Source: Bugula neritina
Taxonomy: Eukaryota; Animalia; Bryozoa
NCBI GenBank assembly: GCA_964035545.1
Contig: OZ037768.1
Span: 7,906,741 to 7,970,740, forward strand
DNA length: 64,000 nucleotides
Direction of reading: 5' to 3'
The notes below the pieces were generated by a model. The model did not search any database and was not told where the DNA came from. It saw only the letters and a list, made by a program, of their open reading frames with translations. The translations under genes and the position numbers were made by a program. How positions within the stretch are numbered: position 1 is the first letter of the stretch; each line of letters opens with the position of its first letter. This document shows positions 58,030-64,000 of this stretch, in pieces.

Positions 58030-60371
58030 ACATAGAATACTCCCTAGACTTTGACAGCCAAGACAACACTTATTTAGTGAACAATGATGGTTTAGACGCC
58101 AACGTCACTGGGACTATCGACTTTCTAGCTTTCCCTAGAAGATTTCTCAGCGTAGGTCCAACAGCCTTCTCTCAGCTGGCTGGGAGAAGTCAGAGAGATG
58201 AATGTTTGGGGAACTTGGATCTCTGTCCCGCAGGTAGGTTGTTAGCCTTAGGTGCTGTAATTGCTGTACACAGGCTAAAGTGTGCTGAGTCTATCGTATT
58301 GTAGTAATTTACTTCATATTTACATAATACACTCATGCAATGTGTACATTGGAGTAAGTCAATTATACAGCTTTACTCTTGTAACTTACAGTCTCTCAGC
58401 ATAAGAAATCATAGCAATGTAAAGTAAGTATAGTAAGTTATGGTGGCGCATTTATATATAAGTAATATGGTAGGTTAAGATTGGTGTATTGTACAATTTG
58501 TTGGTGTAGACTGAAGTAAGTTAAACTTTGTTTTATATGATGAAGCAAGAGTATAACTATACTGCATAGATTTTATGTAGCTACTTAAACATGTGGAGGT
58601 GTTATAGACCTATAATAAAACATACCTTTAGTTACCTGTGCCTCTCTATTAGTAATGACTGTATTATGTTGGCATTAAAATGCACTGTTACATAGAAAAT
58701 TGCTCTCTACTCATTATTTACATTACTGTAAGTACTACTAGGTTAGCTGGTTATTATTCCATCTTGAAATGTCATTGACCACATCATATAGTGGTTTAAG
58801 CAGTTAGTAATATTTTATTGTACAAAAGGAAATGCAAGACCTCATAGAATGAGTATTTATAGCTTAGCCCAATGAGAAACATTGTGGCTTCCTATTTGCC
58901 CCAATTGCATAACTAGAAACCTTCATTTGGGTAGATAACTCCAGTTACGTAGTTATTGTCGCTGTATTATCCTGTTATATTGATCGTGCTGTTTGTTGTA
59001 ATCTAGGCTATACGCTGTCGTTCTGGATTGTCATACTCAATGCTGACCTTAGCCTAAGAAACAATCAAATTCTCTTGGATAATGGGGGTTACAACTCACA
59101 CGGTCTCACTGTTTTCTGGAGCAACAATGCTTTGTATACAAAGTTTAGAAAACCCGGAGGACGAACTTGGACTGTGAGCATTAACAGATATTTTTATTAG
59201 CCTGTTATTCATATTTCTTAGCTCCATTCAACTTAGTTCGTAGTATACTGAAGCCATCAAAAGCTTAAACTATATAATATTTGATGCAATGCTTTAAATA
59301 ATAATATATAAAAATTTGTGAATTTCAGTTCTACTATATGATTAAAATTTAATTTTTTTAAAATGAATTAAAGTTTGAATTACGATTTACAAGTGAAATA
59401 ACTGTATTAAATTTTATATAGTTTGGGTGCAGAACCAGCCATTTAGTCTTAGCTAAGATGTTTGTGCTTATATAACATGTAAATTGCATATTCTAAAAAA
59501 TCTTCTTTATTTTTTGTTTTCAGAATGTTGCACATGAGCTCTACCCAGCCCAAGTGTACTATGGTCCAGGGGACAACTTTGTGAATTACTGGTACCACTT
59601 TGCAGCCACCTGGTCTGATACCAGAGGTCTGCAGGTCTTCTTGAATGGGGAACCTGTGGGCGCCCCCTCTAATCCAACTATGGAAAGTAGGTTATGCTCA
59701 ACATTTTGCAAATATCTTTATTTACATATTTATTATATATTTTACTATTTTTAGCTGATAATTCATAATTATGGTATGCTTTTTCTTTATTGGTAAAAAT
59801 GCTGAAACTTCAAAAATTTAAGTTTGTATATTTTAGGCATTGTTTATTTCGGGGAACTATTGCATATATTTTTAATGTTTTTAAACTAATGATAAAAATT
59901 TAAGTTCTAAAAATGTTTCAAAGCTGCTAAACTTTTAGATGAAGATGATTTAAATGCAGGTAAATCCTTGTATAGTGTGTAGTAACTCTTTTCATGAAAT
60001 TATACCTGCATTTAATTAACACAATGACTGCTTCACCAAAAACACCCCATATTCCCATTTTGTAATTGAAAATTCTAGTCAACTATTTTCCATGGTCTTC
60101 AAATTCCGCAGATAGCGGTTTTTCCCATTTTTAGTTGTTGCCCAACTTTAATCTTTAATTCTGTTGGTTGATATGAAGAATATGACTTGTTCTATTCACA
60201 GATTGTTTTACTAAACGTGTACATCTATGTTTATATTTGAAGGTGTGACAGATATTAGGATGCCTTTCATTATCGGTGCATCACCATTCAACTCCAACGC
60301 TAATAAGATGGGCATCTCTGAGCTGAAGTTCTTTGCTAAGTGGATGAATAAAGAGCAAATTATTGGCTTCT
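58030..60371 (+). CDS. Pentraxin/LamG_3 (ConA-like) domain 1; exons 58030-58233, 59007-59173, 59524-59686, 60243-60371
   Basis: ECLGNLDLCPAGYTLSFWI..LDNGG..GLTVFW..WYHFAATWSDTRGLQVFLNG..FIIG..ISELKFF; phases consistent. Confidence 0.82.
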
Positions 60372-60802
60372 GTATGTTCAATTAGATATACATGATTATG
60401 TTTACTTGTATATCAGAATAGGGCAGTCAAAGCATGGACCCATTACTGTCGCTGGTTTTAAAGCTTTAAAACATCTTTCTTTGTATTATTCAAATTGATA
60501 TTGTATTAAAGGCAATAGTGCATTGCAGGTTTAGATAAAAAGTAAGAATAGTGCCTTTAAGATCACTTGGTTCTAGAAATCTGTAGTGAAATAAAAGCTT
60601 ATATATAAGCATTAACATTTTATATAATATTTGAATATTACGTGATAAATTGAAATGTTTACTAAAATAAAATATAATATATAACACTTAATATACAACA
60701 TATATTAAATAATATATGATGCATATTTGATTCTGAATAAATAAAAAAACATACTTATTGTAAACTTGACAAAAAACTTTATCTTTTACATATGCTTTGT
60801 AG

Positions 60803-63314
60803 ATGGGCCGAGACATTACTTCTTTAGCATGAACAAAGTGATCCCCAGCGCCTCAGGGAACATGGTGGCAGCTTGGCCTACTTCCTTACAAGCCAGACTG
60901 TTTGGAGAGTCTCAGGTAGTGTGTAGTATACTGCTTTATCTATCATTCATAATAAACTCATATATAGCTTGTATTCCTACATAAACCGAGTATTTGCTCC
61001 TTATAAATAAGTGCTGAATGTTAGATAGTTTAGCTACTCTTTATAGTTTATATTTTAAATTTTACTCACTACATTTCCATGCATTATGCCAATAGATTTT
61101 TCATTGCCTAATGGAAACAGTTACATCGAAGGAAACCACAACCATAAGTTAATGCAAACCTGCACATTCATGGGAACATATTGACTTAGGTTGTTACACA
61201 TATGTGTGCACCTTAGCTTTATCTACAGCTTGGTGTTGAGGGTAATAAAACTTTTATTGCTATCTTTAAATGCTGACACTAACTACAATGTTGTTACTGC
61301 AGATGGTAACAGGAAGATCTGACATGGCAATGCAGCTCGGCTGGTCTACTAGCAGCGGAATTGAAAGTTATATTGACGCTGGAGATGTGAGCAAAACGTG
61401 CTTTGGCCAGGTGAGTAGTAAATTATTTTGTGAGTGTAAAACCTGAATAAAAGTTTAACGGCCTACACACTTTGGTATGATGTACAGCTAGTTGATTAGT
61501 ACTTATTTTAATAATATAAATGTTGTTTTGTGCTTTTAAAGGTTGCTAAATGTGATTTCTACATCTCCTTCTGGATCATGGTTGCCGATGTTTCTAGTAC
61601 AATGACCGTCTTGGATACCGGAAAGTTTGGCATATCCGTCCTTTTTAGAGATTCTGCACTCGTTGCCCTTATCTATGCTAAAACTAAGGTAAACATACCT
61701 TTATGAGGGAAATACTGCTACTATTAAAAAAGAACATTTTAAATGAATTTTAAGTGTAAACTGATAGCCCCTAGCAACTGTTTTGGTATGTAGAATACAA
61801 TTTCATGCTTCTATTTATTAGTATGGATTTACAGTCACTAAGGTATAGTATAAATGAAGCATATTACAGCCCTGGCTTAATATTCACGTATATACTGCAT
61901 TAAGTATTTGAAGATGCTGCATTTAGACTATGATGTTCTCCTAAGCTGTACATGCAAATACCTGGCTCTTACAACATTCAATACGCAACCAGATCTTAAT
62001 TTGCTTTTCAGTTGTACATTACGTTAGAATGTGCTGCCAAATTACACCCACAATCCTTAGTTACAGCTCAAGGCAGCTGCTCTTAGGGTTTAGTTTCTTA
62101 TATTAATAAGTTTAGTGCTTATTGGCTGGCCTTTATGCAGTATTACCCTACTTCCTATCTATTAAATAGCAATGCTTTGCTGCTGATATACTCTTTTGCT
62201 GACCAAATGCTATAAAATACATATAATATTGCCTGTATAATATATAATATGCAATATATATGTATCATATATACATGTAATATATAATATTACATATATA
62301 ATCTATAATATGTATAATATATATACATGTATTATTGCCTTTTAGAATCATAGTTTTCGGTATGAAGAGGATGAGACCACTGGTTCTGATGCATTTATAT
62401 TTATTGAAAATTAATTTGTTATGTTGCTTGGTATATTGCTTCTGCTTTTCTTGACAAAAGTGTCACTAAATTTGAAACAAGACGTTTACTATCATATCTT
62501 TGCAAGTCTCATGTGTATAGAGTGATAGTCTCATCTGTTTTCAGTAAACTGTGTTCTGTTGTGTTGCTGTTAAAAGTTATCCTGTTTATTGTAGCCTATA
62601 GTTCTTACCTTCACGAACCCACAAGCTAATCAGTGGTACTTTGTGGAAATTGATAGAAACTTGAGAACCAAATACAACTCTCTTTGGATAAATGGAATAC
62701 TGGTGAATCAGCAGCAACTGCCTCCCTTTGGAAGGTAATTTGTTCAGTTTGTGTCATTTTTACAAGTTTGTATTGTGTATATGAGTAAAGGTAATCTTAT
62801 ACTGTAGTTGTATTCAGTCTCATAGTTAATGCATATAAAAATCTTAGAATGAGTAAAATTTTGCTCAACAAATGCTACTTAATGCTTGGGATTGTTGCCT
62901 GCCGTATAGATTTTGAAAACATTTTGTTGAAAAGTTTTAAGTTAGTCTTACACATGACCTTACTACCAGGGAGAGTCTGACAAAGCAGCTTTCAATTGAT
63001 CATTCTGGTTCATGATTGAATCGAATCTTGTTCTAGTCTTTAGTATTTTTTGTCATATAATTTTATATTATAGAGTACATCATTTACCAACTTCTAGCTC
63101 TCCTTATAATAGTTTTGCATTACTAACATATAGTTTGGTTGTAGTATACCACCTCAGAACCTCCACCAGGGGGCATCCAACAACCTGCTGATAGGAAGAA
63201 GGAACCCAGGCTCAGACTTCACGTACCCATCCACAGGCATGTTCACCATTGATAGGCTGGATTTGCTCCAAGGAAGTCGTGACTATTTGATGAAGATTGG
63301 GCATATCCAACGAG
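60803..63314 (+). CDS. Pentraxin/LamG_3 domain 2; exons 60803-60915, 61303-61410, 61542-61688, 62595-62734, 63145-63314 (gene continues beyond the window)
   Basis: YIDAGDVSKTCFGQVAKCDFYISFWI..LDTG..GISV..QWYFVEI..LWING..LLIG..FTIDRL. No stop; ends at donor G|gtgaca. Confidence 0.8.
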
Positions 63315-64000
63315 GTGACAACTCCAAACCTACATTATTTAAAATAATTGTATACTATAACTTATATTTTTAATAACCTTCAGGTTTTGATGTTGAAATT
63401 ATTTATTTTAACTGATGCTTTGCTAAAAAATATACTTTAGTGGTAATTGATTAGTGATGTCGGTGAGTCATGAAGGAGCAGGTGCTCTGTAGGTGTTTAC
63501 AACATCTTCTATGATTCACTCATTAAATACCTTTTACGTTATTATCCGTTTAATTAATTTATTGTTCAATGCTGAAACCATAGCGGAGTTATTCACTAAT
63601 AGTTATCAGTGAGGGTAGGTTATCTCACCCACCTTTTACTTCTCTGGAGTTTACTGAAACGTCTACTATGTGATGTAATTGTGTATTTTCAAGAAATGCC
63701 TGCTAATGAGTAACACGAAGTCTTAATTTACTGTAAATGCCAGCAGTCTGGATTCACAATGCAAGCAGCAAATAGCAATCATTAGCTAGTAATAGAATAA
63801 GTGCTTCCTTCACTAAATGATGAAATCCTATTTCTAATATTATACACTAGAGCAACATTTTCCTATCTAATAATGTCTAAATACTGTATGTTTAAAGCAG
63901 ATAACTTATTGTTTGGCCACCAGTGCATTTATTTATTTGTTCTACTCATTTCTTTAAAGACAAAGTTATCTAATTTGTTTAACATCAATAACATAGGGAA

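Overview
AT-rich, intron-dense genomic DNA from an invertebrate animal (lophotrochozoan-like by inference; species not determinable). Three + strand genes lie in tandem. (1) The 3' end of a myosin light chain kinase-type gene: the second half of the calmodulin-binding helix plus a telokin-like Ig domain (1317-2057), with a probable second, short alternative last exon (156-200). (2) A probably complete but compact obscurin/UNC-89 gene. I assembled 58 GT-AG exons by hand from 3108 to 48833; they sum to 10,146 nt in one open frame (about 3,381 aa). Domain order: Ig-Ig-SH3-SH3-DH-PH-Ig-Ig-acidic-Fn3-Fn3-Ig-Ig-PK1-Ig-Fn3-PK2. Both kinase domains lack their catalytic motifs and the DH domain is degenerate. 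The gene also has two micro-exons and a pair of paralogous 105-nt exons. (3) The 5' part of a secreted or cell-surface protein that joins a neurexin-like signal peptide-LNS-EGF exon to tandem pentraxin/LamG_3-type domains (51588 to beyond 63314). Introns contain five copies of a tRNA-derived SINE (three with TSDs), a 1.3-kb TIR element, a 0.3-kb MITE, an older dispersed repeat family and several satellites. There are no prokaryotic features and no CRISPR array.
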